This document shows, piece after piece, positions 1-14,020 of a DNA stretch of 64,000 nt. The DNA comes from Octopus vulgaris (Eukaryota), in contig OX597819.1 in the NCBI GenBank assembly GCA_951406725.2, positions 47,864,001-47,928,000 of the forward strand. The letters are read 5' to 3'. The translations under genes were made by a program, and so were the position numbers. The notes beneath the pieces were generated by a model, which was not told the origin of the DNA, made no database searches, and saw nothing but the letters and a program-made list of their open reading frames with translations. Each line of letters begins with the position of its first letter. Position 1 is the first letter of the stretch.

Positions 1-319
1 TCAATAAATTAAATTATCAGTCAAGCACTGGAATCGATGTAATCAACTTCCACCCTCTCAAAATTGTTGGATTTACATCAAGATTAGAAAGAATTTTGAT
101 AAATTATGTACAATGAGAAATAGAATTCAAAGACAATAAATAAGTAAATACAAACTAAAAAAAAAAAAAAGTGTGGTGTATTTTAAGTGGCCATTTTAAA
201 TTTAGTAGTGATAATAAACCAAAAAATATTCGAAATAAAGTAAATATTTGAAATTTAAGGTTTCAAATTTAAATTTCAGATATTATGGAAATCTACAAGA
301 GAAAAATGACGTGACTTAC

Positions 320-426
320 TTTGGAAACAGCGCTACAGGAGCGATGAAGTTCCTTATGCTTTCTTTCAAAGTGTCAACAATTGAGTAAATACCAAACAGT
401 TTTTTGTTGAATGGCAAGAACAGCAA
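320..426 (-). CDS. NAA35: NAA35 exon 12
   Basis: [35 protein letters not shown]; ttttag / gtaagt. Confidence 0.92.
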
Positions 427-3400
427 CTAAAACAAGAGAGAGACAGAAAAAAATCATTTTTTGTATGATTCCAAGACATAGTAAATTAGAGTGTACTGGA
501 ATGAAGTTGGTATGCTTTACTAGATGTGCAATGTCAGTATGTGCAACAGAGCACTGGTGTATTGAGAGACAAGTTGGGCATAGGAGGAATTATATGCAGT
601 GTGCCAGAGAGGAGACTGCAGTGGTTTAGTGATGTGATGCAGATGGATGAGGACAGTTGCATAAAGAAGTGCAGATCACAAAGTGGAGGGAAGTTGTGGA
701 AGAGGGAGACCCAGGAAGACATGGGATGAAGTACTGAAGGTCGATCTCAAACTGCTGAACCTTACAAAGATGATGACAGAGGAATGAGATAGATCAAGAT
801 ATGTGGTGCATTGCTGTACCTAATAAGACCCACCTACCACAGAAATGGGATCCTGAAACCAAGGTGCCATATAAAAATCACTGGTGTGTATGCTGGTGCC
901 ACATAAAAAGTACTGGTGATGGTGCCATGTAAAAAGCACCCAGTACATTCTGTAAAGTGGTTGGCATTAGGAAGAGCATCCAACTGTAGAAACAAAACCA
1001 AAACAGACAAGGCCCCTGGCTTTGCCAGTCCCTGTGAAGCCATCCAGCCCATACCAGCATGGAAAACAGGCATTAAATGTTGATGATGGTGATTGGAGTA
1101 ATATCTCTAAATCAATAAGGTGATTCAAGTATCTCCTGACAGAGGGCCAAAACAGAAACAATTAATTATGTATATCGTTGTGTCCTCATCTTGATTGTTG
1201 CTTTCACCACATTTCAACTGTTGTATGCTCCAGCCTTCTTCAGGTGTCTTGTATTGAACTCTGTTGTTGTATCAGAATTTCAAACCTAACCCTTTATTTG
1301 ATCCCCAGGGGCACACTGTTCTCATTCCGCTCTCTGCATTTCGTGACATCAAGATGAGGACACCAATGCAACTAATATAAACATTATACATAATATAAAT
1401 TCCTCATCCCAGAAATATAGAACTGAGAAATAATTAAATCAAATCAGTTGGTGATAATGACAACAATACTTTACTGATATTATTTAGACCATTAAAACTA
1501 AAGGCAAAAAGATTTCATCAGGAACATTTTTTTTTTTTAATTAATTTCAAGCATAATTGTGTGGTTAACAAGCTCACTTTGCAAATGTATGATTTTAGGT
1601 TCAATCCTACTGAATAGTATCTTGGGCAAATATCTTCTAGTATAGCCCCAGGTTGACCAATTCCTGGTGGGAATAGAAAGTAAATGTTTTGAAAAATGAT
1701 AATAAACATTATAGGCACAGGTATAGTTGTGTGGTGAAGCTCACTTTGCAACCATGAGGTTTCAGGTTTCATCCCATTGCACAGCACCTTGGGTAAGTGC
1801 CGTCTATTATAGCCTTAGGTCGATCAATGCCTTGTGAGTGAATTTGGGAGACAGAAACTCTGTGTGTGTGCGTGTGTGTGTGTGTGTGCACATGTTTGTG
1901 TGTTTGTGTGTGTGTGTGCATGTTTGTGTGTGTGTGTTTGTGTGTGTCAGTTTGTCCCCATTGATTTATTTACATCCCAGTAACTTAGAGACTTGGTGAG
2001 AAAGACTGAAACAATAAGTACTAATGGGGTCAATTTGTTCGAGGCAGGGTCTTAGCATGGTCACAGCTTAATGACTGAAAAAGTAAAAGATAAAATATTT
2101 TCTTAATCAACCACATGAAAAGGACAAAGTAGGAAGTAGTAAGGCAAATGTCTAAAACATTTGGGAGGGAAGTTTATTCATTTCAGGATATATATCATGA
2201 TAAGGCAATATACTGCACTTTAATTGTGAAGCAGCTGTGGAACACAGGGAAAAGAAAGAGATGTACTGGATTTACCATCTATGACAAAATTTGTCTCATG
2301 ATGGAGGTGGTCAAGAAAACTGTTGTTAGTGAATGTTAGTTGAAAAATTGCCAGAGAGAGCAAGGACTAGGTTGAGAAACAGCTGCATTAAGTCATCATC
2401 ATCATCATCGTTTAACGTCTGCTTTCCATGCTAGCATGGGTTGGACGATTTGACTGAGGTCTGGCGAACCAGATGGCTGCACCAGACTCCAATCTGATCT
2501 GGCAGAGTTTCTACACCTGGATGCCCTTCCTAATGCCAACCACTCCGAGAGTGTAGTGGGTGCTTTTATGTGCCACCGGCGTGAGGGCCAGTCAGGCGGT
2601 ACTGGCAATGGCCACGCTCAAATGGTGCTTTTTATGTGCCACCTGCACAGGAGCCAGTCCAGCAGCACTGGCAACGACCTCGCTCGAATGTTTTTTCACG
2701 TGCCACCAGCACAAGTGCCAGTAAGGCAACGCAGGTAAGTGTCACTTATAAAAGAGAAACCTTGGGTAATCAGTAGAGGCTGCAGTTAGAGAAGTTAACA
2801 ACACAAAGACATCTATTGCCACAAGCAAGGATAACAGCATGCCAACAAGGAAGCCTCTGTTTAGTCACTTGACCTGCTAGAAGCTGCGACTAAATTTCCC
2901 CCAAATCCCCCTTTACTTTCTTTAAAAAGGAAGGTTACATTGGACAATATAATCCTAGATATACAAAATAATGGGATGGTCATGACTGATCTGAAGATAA
3001 CAATGAACATATATCACTAACATTTAAATTTAAAATAAAAGTTGATTCACAACCCATACATACCTGCAGTAAAGATCTAGAAAGGACACATGGACAGGTT
3101 TTGCTGAATTCAGTAAATATTTCCTGCAATAGAAAAGTAAATATTCATAAATGTATTCAGTGGTGACTGTAATGATAAAATAATTAGGATACTGAACTTT
3201 TGACTACAAAATAACCAGATCAATCTTTGCCGTAGCAGTTTGAGTGAAATCTGTATGCAAGGGACATTACTCCATTTGCTTTGCTGAATTGAAGAGTTAA
3301 TGCAGGAGCGGACAGAGAGTATTAAGGGACCTCAGGCATAACTGTTGATCAGGCCCCTTTGAATGAATGTTTTAGCAGAGTTAACATGTAGAGTGTGTGC

Positions 3401-6219
3401 CCCTCAGAGCTCTAGCCCCTCGGGCAGTGCCTGATTGACCGACGGCACAGTCCACCCCTGGGTTATGCAATTTTTAGTTACATTTCTTTTACATTCCAAG
3501 TTCATATCCTGCTGAGGGTCAACACAGGGATCTTTTCGGTTTGAACGGCAGTTTATTCTAGCGGTGTCATATGAAATTGTCACCCATAATTATGACCCTA
3601 GTATCGATCTATTGCATTTCAATCTATTTTAGGGTTAGGGGTGGGGTATCTTTTTTTCTTCAGAAATGTAAATAAACCCAATCTGTTTCTTAAACAAAGG
3701 ACATGTTCATACAGCACAGAATGTTGTTTATCTCAATGGATGTCAGTGATTGGTTGAAATTGAAAAAAGAAAAAACAACAAATATCTTATAAACTATAGA
3801 ATTTTCTCAATAAAGCCAAGAGAAAAAGATGTTTTATAAACACATTCTACCAGTATACAAAGTTTAAAATTTTTTAGTTACCTAGAAATTATGTTAAAAA
3901 CTGCCGTTCAAACTGAAAAGATCCCAACACAGCCTTTTCTATTTTTAAGACCAATAAAATAAGTACAAGTACAGATTCAATTGAATTGACTAAGGTTTTA
4001 AAGGAAAATAATATTGGTTTCGATTTTTGACACAAGGCCAGCAATTTCAGAGTAGTGGGTAAGTCAATTACATTGACCCCAATGCTCAACTGGTGCTTAT
4101 TTTATGGACTCCGAAAGGATGAAAGGCAAAGTCGATCTTGGTGACATTTGAATTCAGAATGTAACAATGGATGAAACACTGCTAAGCATTTTGTCCAGCA
4201 TTTAATAATCCTGCCAGCACACCATCTTAAATAAGTTGTATCCAGTTGTAAAATTTTTGTATCGAGAATTAATAGGAAATATCTTTTGCAAACATAAAAG
4301 TGGTGGGGGGGATCAACAACTTTGAAGGACAAAAAAAAGAACATATGACCATGTATTGGACAACTGACCATTATGCCAAAGACTTCAAAGTCTTTTAGCA
4401 GATATGAACTGTCTTTACATGTTGAAATGGTCTTTCAAATTTTTGTTGTTTCTTTCTCTAGAGACAGATTACTGATGAATGAAGTACATTCAGTCTGGTA
4501 TTTGTTACTACAAAGAGTTTTTACCTCATCATCATCTGGATCGTTTACTCCTAAATTTTCAGATGTAATAATAACTAACAAATGAAGAAGCCAAGTAAAT
4601 TTTAAATTATTCTGAAGCTTTTAAAGTTAATGTGGAATTCTGACTTACCAACATGTTATGTAAAGATGTTATCTCTGTAATGAGAGTGACAGTCTGCAAA
4701 CGACAAAGTAACTGGTTCTCCATATAATCAAGAGCTTCCTCACGGCTTTTTATCATCGTGTACCTTGGGAATGTAGGTGGAAGCAGTCGCTGATTCACAA
4801 GAGGTTCAAAGCCCATAATAGTTGGATAGTCTACAAAAGTGAATTCATTTCCACTAATTACTTTATAAATACAATATAGAAAGTCAATAAACAATTACAG
4901 GTAAACTGCATGGTACATAAATATGTTTGATTCAATTAGACTACTGGTAAATGGGAGAAGTTGTGATTTCAAACTTGGGGTATAAATATTATACTGCTCC
5001 AACAATTCATGTAAATGTACAATGAGAGGCTGAGGGTGGGAAGCAGTACCTACATACACCCACAGTTACTCCACCCTCTACCTCTTTCTCTCATCACTAC
5101 TCCTCCACTATCTCAACACCTTCACCCTTTCAGGACTACTCCTACGATTTCCCCATCTATCTTTCCTTACCAATGAACCCTACCCAACAATTAATCGATG
5201 GATGGTGAGGGGGAAAGTTATAACAAATCTATGGGCAACATCCCTTTCTTCAGACTAACAACTAAAATAAAATACATACCAGTCTTTGTAACTCCACCTT
5301 CCTCTGCTTGAATACCAAGCGACAGTTCTTTTTTCATCTGTGGTACCAGTTCTATCAACTGCGTCAGTAAACGCTGGGCTTGAGAAATACCTTCACACTT
5401 TACGGGGTTTAAGAGAAGAAATCAATTAAGAAATTAAAGAAAAATATCAAGAAAGTGACTCAAAAATGTTTACAGATCTAAATAAATCTGAAAAGGAGTA
5501 AAAACAATGAATGGATGGAAGAAAACCAAACCAAATAATTAGGAATTCATATATCAAACTTTAACCTAACTTAATATTTTACAGTGTGTGTTTTAACACT
5601 TGTGTGTATGTGTGTGTGTGTGTGTATACATATATATATCAAAAGGATGTGTTATAACACTTTTCCACATATACACAAACAGCTGTACGAACAATCCAAC
5701 ATACCTCCATCATCAGCTGCTGCACAGATATCATTATGGTTTCTACACCTGAGCAGTACCATTCAATCCGGCAGTGTCAACAGCATTAAAAGTGCTGGTT
5801 AGGAACAAACATACCAAAAAACAAAACACACGACTTTCAAACACATTTACTCTATCTACAACAGTATTCAATCAAATATAGGCAGAATTAAACACTAACT
5901 TTAAAATTAAACTACAACAAGAAACACATTGAGATATATATATAATCAAAATAAGCAACAAGAATAACTCCAGTAATTTGGTACGATCGTTTCGCACTAC
6001 ATCATTTTATTAAATGTTGTAAGTATTAATGATTTAATAAAATGCTTACAACATTTAATAAAATGATGTAGTGTAAAACGATCGTACCAAATTACCGGAG
6101 TTATTCTTGTTGCTTATTTTGATTATAATCACCCCATGGATTTATATGGATAACACCATACAGAATTCTGGTGCATCTAACTTAAGTACCATATTCATTT
6201 GAATCTAAATTTTGCTGAA

Positions 6220-6285
<66 letters not shown>

Positions 6286-9200
6286 AAGAAACAGTAAAAT
6301 CTACTCACTTTTTCCTTGCTAAATGATATCAATACAGTCAAGAACATCCGGTAAAATTTAAGTCTATTATAAACAGCAACGGACAAACAATGCTGGAAGA
6401 AAAGAAATGACAAGTTCTGATATAGTGTAAAATAAAATATAACTGACGATACTCTTCAACACTCAACTAAATAACTAATGACAAAAATCAAAGCTTATTA
6501 CATAGTTTTAGAACTGTAAACATAGGAGAAAAGTAAGTTGTATTGTCAATACCATTCTCAATGGCATTTGTGGTTAAATTAGAATGAGAGATGTACCTGT
6601 CAGATGAGGGAGTTGGATAGTTAGTTCTCTCAATGTCATGAGGCACATAAAACTGCAAGACAATCTCTTCAATTAGCTCTGTTTTCTGCCGGTTCTGATC
6701 TCATTCTAGCTTCTTCGCCCTTCTCGTCTCCTTTCCTTGTCAATGGTCCTTCACCACATGGTTTTAGGATACCCTACTATTCTTTTCCTCTCAGGATTCC
6801 ACTTTGGTGCCACCATACAATCGCTTTCTCAGTTTTGTTTGAGGATGCATCTGATCCAGCCCCAGTGTCTGAAACTTATTTTATCACTGATCCTGTTGAT
6901 GCCCGTTGTCATTTCAGACTTTTTACAGCCACTTGATATCTGGATGGGATGCTGGTCCATCACAGGATTACTCATTTTTGCCAGCTGAGTGGACTGGAGC
7001 AATGTGAAATTAAGTGTTATGCTCAAGAACAGAATGTGTCACCCGGTCCAAGAATTGAAACAACAATCTTACAATCATGAGTCCAACACCCTAACCACTA
7101 AGCCACGTGCCTCCACATCTATGTGTGTATGTCTTTGTGTCTGTGTTTGTTCCCCACCACTGCTTAACAATCAGCGTTGGTGTGTTTATGTCCCAGTAAC
7201 TTAGCAGTTTGTCAAAAGAGACTGATAGAATAAGTACCAAGCTTAAAAAAAAAAAAAGAACTGGGGTTGATTCACTTGACTAAGAAGTCTTCAAGATAGT
7301 GCCCCAGCATGGGCACAGTCTGATTGAAACAAGCAAAAGATGAAAGATAAATTAAGTTACTAACCTCTGTTTGTGTGTCAGAATCTCGTTGAGTGCCTGG
7401 TTTACTACGGGTGTTCTGTAAAACATCAAAGAATGTCATTAATTATTAAGCATTATTTTGTGGTGATATTTTCTCGTCTAATAACATCACAAAAAGAATA
7501 TGCCATCTGATTTGTGGGGTGACTTTAATGTAATCTAGATTGCAGTAAGCATTTGAATCAGTTATCCATTAAAGAATCCTTCAGTTTAGAAAATCCTAAG
7601 GAATTTAAGGGTACTATCATTCTAGAATTTGGAAGAGTATGTGAGAGGAGGAAACTGAAAGTGAATGTAGCTAAGGGTAAGGTGATGAGTTGTTCAAGAG
7701 ATGGAATGGCTGGTAGGCTAGCTATGAGTATAAATGGTGAGATGTTAGAAGAGGTGAGTGTTTTTAAGTATCTAGGATCACATGTGACGGTGGATGGGGG
7801 GGAGGCTGAGGAGGTGGGATACAGAGTGAGGAAGGGGAGTAAGATATTTTGAGTTGTGAAAGGTATGCTGAGAGATAAAAGGTTGACTATGGAAGTGAAA
7901 AATAGGTATGTATGAGGGCATGATTGTGCTGACAATGTTATATGGTGCAGAGACATGGGGGCTGAAAGAGGCAGAAATGAGGCAAGATGTCTGAGGGTTA
8001 TGTTTGGTGTCATACAGATGGACAGGATGAGGATTGAGGAGGTGCGAAGACAAGCAGGAATGAAAGAAAAAACTAACAACCAAATTAGATAGACGAATGT
8101 TGAGTGGTTTGGCCACATGGAGAGGATGGATAGGGAGCGGATAGTAAGGAGGGTGATGAAGGCTGAAGTGGTAGGCAGCAGAACTAGAGGCAGGCCTCAG
8201 TTTGTGTGGATGGATGGAGTGAGGAAAGCTTTGGTAGTTAGAGGTGTTGGAGTGAGAGAGGCAAGAGAGTTTATAAATGATAGGAAAGCTTGGAGAGTGT
8301 TTGTGGATAGATGAGTGAATTTTGATGCAGCTCAAAGAGGTACGGAACCAGCATGATGCGGCAGGGGTAAACCAGCATATGCTGTCAGGCCCCACTGATA
8401 ATATTGGGGGTTGTATTCTATGCCTTGTCCTAAGCACTCCTTTGAACTGGGAAATGAATGGAATGCCTGGTGTGTGTCTTACTGTGACTATTCACCTCCT
8501 AAAAAAAAAAATGGGATATAGGTCTGGGTAAATGATATGATCATTCCTCTTCAGAATAACCAAAATATGAAACTGCTTTATGATACTATCTTTGATAGAA
8601 AAAAAAAGTAGTAGTAGTCATCATCATCGTCAACTTAACGTCTATCTTCCATCTTGGTATATGTTGGGATTTGACAGGATTGCACCCTGAAATCACATTG
8701 TGTACACAATATGGAATTTCCACCTAATCGTTTTTCTGCATATTAAGCATGTTCATATTCTTAGTGGTACAAGAGTCTTGTCTTCCTACTTACTATAACT
8801 TTAGTCGTTCTCAAGTTCACTCTTAAGCCTCTTGATTTATAATTGATTTTTCGTATTAGAAAAGCTTGACTGAATACTTAAATAATACTTAAGTAATCCA
8901 GCTGTTATTGTTTGTACATCAGGATAAATTGTAAGACCTTCCAAGGCCTTAGCATTTACTTTTTCCAGTCACTGTGGGTTACATTTATCATTTTCATTGG
9001 AGCACCCTCAGATAGTAACACTGTCCTCAGATGATTAAAGACTATACACAATTCGTCCTCCAATGATTAGTTTCTCCTTAAGATGTGTCATCATTATTTA
9101 AAATGTTTGGACGGTTCAACAGGAAATGACAAGCCAGAGGGATATGTTGAGCTCCAATGTCTGCTTTGGCATGGTGTCTACAGCTAGATGCTGGATGCCC

Positions 9201-12200
9201 TTCCTAATCCCAACCACTTCACAAAGTTTACTGGGTGTTTCCTCATGGCATCAGCACTGGATAGGTCAGCAAGTACACACAACAGAAGACCCCCCACCCT
9301 CAACTGAATGGGGGTTAGTATTGAGAGATATGAAAGTATGATAGGACACAAGCAAGTGCCTTGCTGGAGAAGTGAATACGGTTTCCCCATCTGGGGAGAG
9401 AGAGAGAAGGAATAAGGGAAGAGTAAAGGCAGTTGGGTAGGAAAGTATGTGACAGATGATTAAAGATGAGGATTGAGGTTGACACAAACTTGCTCAGGGC
9501 TCAGGTTCTTATTAATTACAGTTCAGCTCTCTCAACACTCCTACCTCTTCCTGCATCATTATAGTCATGTGTTTACACTTTAAACCACCATTGACACATG
9601 CACTGCACTTAAAAGTTTTAACTAAGGATAAATGTAAGCAAAATGAGTGGTGCTGCTGTGGCCACAGGTACCAGTATCATCATCATTTAACACCTGCCTT
9701 CCATGCTGGCATGGGTTGGATGGTTTGTCAGAGGCTGGCTAAGTAGATGACTGCAGCATGCTTCACTGTTTGTTTTGGCAAGGTTTTTACAGCTGGATGT
9801 CCTTCCTAACACCAACCACTTTACAGAGTGGACTGAGTGCTTTTTATATGGCACCAGCACTGGCAAGACCTGTTTCAACATGGGTTTTACAGCTGGATGC
9901 CTTTCTAAACACCAACCACTGCATGTACCAGCATTGGCAGGTCACCAAGTAACTTACAAGACAAAAATCGAGAGTGGGTGGGGGCTTGTGCCAGGTGATG
10001 TGAGGTTAGAGTGTGACAGATGGATAGAAACAGATGTCTTGCTGTAGAAGAGATACATGGTTACCCAATCAGAAGAGATATGTGGTTACCCAATGTATAC
10101 TCAGATGATTGCAAGTGACATACTGCCACCTGTGACCACAGAGGGAACAAGTTTTGTAGGTTTTAGAAAAATTCATGTGTATACTCAGATTAAAAGAGGA
10201 ACCAGATAATCAGTAGCCGGAAAATTGATGTACTTGTATTTTTTTTATCTGAGGATGAAACACTTTTTTTTTTAAATAAAAGAAGTCGAATGAATTGATC
10301 CCTAGAATTTTACTAGTCTTTATTTCATCGATCTTAAATGAGAGCACACTAAAGCAAATTTGTCTATTTCAACAAGCAAATGGAAAGCAACAAAGAAATT
10401 ACCTTAATGATTCTATTGACCTCTTCTTCTACTTCTTTCATCATACCAATTGCCCGAACGTCTGAAGTTTCAGCAGCCATTTTAAATCCATATGTAACAA
10501 GTTGAAAATCTTCCTGTGATTTTAAATGGACAAAATACTGAGATATAATACCAGGCATTCTAAGAATATTTAAAGAAATGTTTACTATATAACATCAAAA
10601 TTCATTTAGTACTGTTAAGAGTAAATAATAGTGAACAGGGAGTGAACTCTTTTTATGTAAGAGAAAGTAGAGTTATGTACCTTATTCAGGGAGCAATACA
10701 GAATGCAGAGCTAAATGATGAGGGTACTCGACTCATGATTGTAAGGTCGTGAGTTCGTTTCCAGCCGGCGCATTGTGTCCTTCAGCAAAACACTTTATTT
10801 CATGTTGTTCCAGTCTATTCAGCTGGTAAAAATAAGTTGTACCTGTAATTCAAAGGGCCAGCTTTGTCACATTGTGTGTCATGCTGAATCTCCCAGAGAA
10901 TTGTGAAGAGTACAAATGTCTGTGCAGTACTCAGCCACTTGCACGTCAATTTCGTAAGCAGGTTGTTCCGTTGATCGGGTCGGCTGGAACACTCATCGTC
11001 ATAATCGACGGAGTGCCAGTAAAGTAAGGGAGTACTATACAGCACTGGTTTTGGCCACTGGGTTCCCAAATCATGCTGGAACACTGCCTTCAACATCGAT
11101 CCAAACATTTATTTCAATCCGATATTTTAACAATATTTATCGAATCATTGAATCCCATTTTTGACATAGACGAAGGCAACTCAATACACCAATTTACACA
11201 AGCATATATAAAACACACACACGTACCAGGCTTCTGCATAGTTTCTGCCCACTAAGCTCCACTCACAAAGCACTGGTCGATACAAGGGTAAAAACAGCCA
11301 TAGAGTAAGATCAAACTCAGACTGTGTTATTGTGAAGAGAACTCCATAACCACATGGCTACGCCTACACCTAGTTTACATCTTAATAAATAATCTTCTGC
11401 TATTATGGTTGGAATTTTCAGAAGGAGGTAAACAGATTAAATAAGATAAAAAGTCTACATAATTATTCATTTTATCTATAGTCTAGCACCTTAACATCAC
11501 CCATTTTGCAACTTCTAATATTTAATTACTTTTATATAAAAGGTATCGCTAATTAATATTGTAACAAAATGGTTTCATATGTATGTCAAACAAATATCAA
11601 AATTAATTATTGCAATAGCTTTCTTTATAATTAAATTAAGTAGAACTGAATAAATGCAGTTCATTAGATATAGTGTAAATAAATCAAGAGCTTTATAGAA
11701 TTAATAAGCTATGAAGTATTTAAAAAAATAGATGTGTTACACTCAGGCAGCAATCCTCCAACCCATGGGTTTGTTTGGATAACTGTTGCTGGTGAGGGTT
11801 TTACAAGATTGGAGTGCAAATCCAACTTCAGCTTCTTTTAGTTGCCTTTTACGGCACACAGAGGAAACGTTGGGTCTATTCTTCAACATGCTGGTCCACA
11901 CACAGTACATAAGCAGAATAAGAAAGGAGAAAATTGTAAGAGAGGGGAGGGAATGAGATAACTGTGCCCTTGGCAAGTAAGAGACAGTCAAAGTTATTTT
12001 GAAACTCATCTTACTTCTATAAGTAAAATCTTACACTGCTAAGCATTTTGTCCAGCATTTAATAATTCTGCCAGCTCACCATCTTAAATAAGTTGTATCC
12101 AGTTGTAAAATTTTTGTATCAAGAATTAATAGGAAATATCCTTTGCAAACATAAAAGTGGGGAGAGGGAATCAACAACTTTGAAGGACAAAAACAGAACA

Positions 12201-13243
12201 TATGACCATGTATTGGACAAGTGATCATTATGTCAAAGACTTCAAAGTCTTTTAGGAGATATGAACTGTCTTTACATGCAAGAAACAAAGAGAAAGAAAA
12301 GTTGGCCATTTCCCCAACACCTACTTCTACAGGTACATTTTAACACAAATATATTCTAAAAGAACTTCATTCAAACAAGAGTTAAGACTGTTTTCTTGCA
12401 AATGTTTAAACAAATTCTTGCCTTAAATATCAAAAATGAGTTAACATGATTATAATTCTTCAGATCATTAGACTTATTTCTAAAAATAGAATACATTTTC
12501 ACATGTAAATCATAAAAAATGCTTAATCTCCGAAGATGAAGTTTGAAAAAAATTACAATCTTAAATTCTTACCTCTTCAAATGCCCCAGCTCTGTTGACT
12601 CTGTCTCGAATTATATCAACAGTTTTCAGAATACAAATACAGAATGCTTTCAAATATCTGTCCTCAATAATGTAGGGATTGTGCAGATAAAGGTTAGTAA
12701 ATACTGTCTGAGCAAGAGAATGTCCTTCTAACCATGTAACCTAAAAAGAGATAAAACAATAGCAGAAGTTAACTAATCATTGTTAACATGTACTCATCAC
12801 TGAGCATAAAGCCACATCCCTCAGTACTACACCCCAGAGTTGAGGTGTCTTGCACACACACACACACACACACAACTGTGTAGTTAAAAAGTTTGCTTTC
12901 CAATCACATGGTAGTACCACTGTATGACACCTTGGGACAAATGCCTTCTACTACAGCCCTAGGTTGATCAAAGCCTGTGAGTTGATTTGGTACATGGAAA
13001 CTGAAAGAAACCCATTTTATTTGTGTGTGTGAGTGTCTGTCTCCACACCTTGACATCACATGATAGTTGGAAACAAGTGAGTGTTGGCCACAGGAAGAGC
13101 TTATGACAGTAAAAAAATTACCACACTGAGTAATATTTCCCAGTCAGATACACAATCCACAGAAGATTGGAAATGAACAGCATTGTATAATGATGATGCT
13201 CGTTTACAATTATTACATGATGTCAAGACAAGAATACAGAAAA

Positions 13244-13278
<35 letters not shown>

Positions 13279-13981
13279 CACACACACAGAGAAACATGTA
13301 CGTTGCACAAAGTTGTAAGGTGATACAGAAGCACTCAGCTATGAATGCATAGCATCTTATAGCAGAAACAACTGTAAGCTATTAAAGTCCATTACATAAC
13401 TTCTTGTTCGCTTGTCATTTATATAATTTATTACACTCTGTACTTGACAAATGCTTTCTCTGAAGCATATCTATATTGAGTTCTAACACCAGGTTATTAG
13501 CATCACTTTTGCTTGTAAAATTTTATGCACCATGTGCTGTTTTTGGCGCAAAACAAAACCAGTTGCACAGTCAGAGTTTAACAGTTATGGATTATGATCC
13601 AATAGGCTACATAGACGAGGCTCAGGGTTTAAATACTCAGAAGCCGAAACCTGGTTTGTGGATATCCCTAATTGCATAATATTTTTATTTGTGCTGTTAA
13701 ATGTTTTAATCCTTTCTGTTTTCCTCGCATACTGTTTTTCACTGTTATCTTGGTGCGGTAAGGTGGATAAATTTAAGACTTTAGCACTTATTTTTAGCAG
13801 GTGGATGCTTGTTAAGCATACTAACACTTCGTGTAAATTTATAATTCATAGCTATTTAATGCTATTGCGCCTGTGATCCACCTATGTCACTGCTGGTGAT
13901 ATCATCAATTTTAAAATTTATCCACAGATGATATGAACAGTAGTGACATCTGATTTCAAATCTTAGTGTTTGAATGTTTTG

Positions 13982-14020
<39 letters not shown>

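Noticed and set aside
5398-5420. U12-type intron (TCTCTTAAAC branch-like sequence, weak AAG acceptor)
   Set aside because: The donor of this intron is GTGAGT, not GTATCCTT
7558-8437. 186- and 219-aa minus-strand ORFs
   Set aside because: Antisense to the RTE LINE fragment; no recognisable protein
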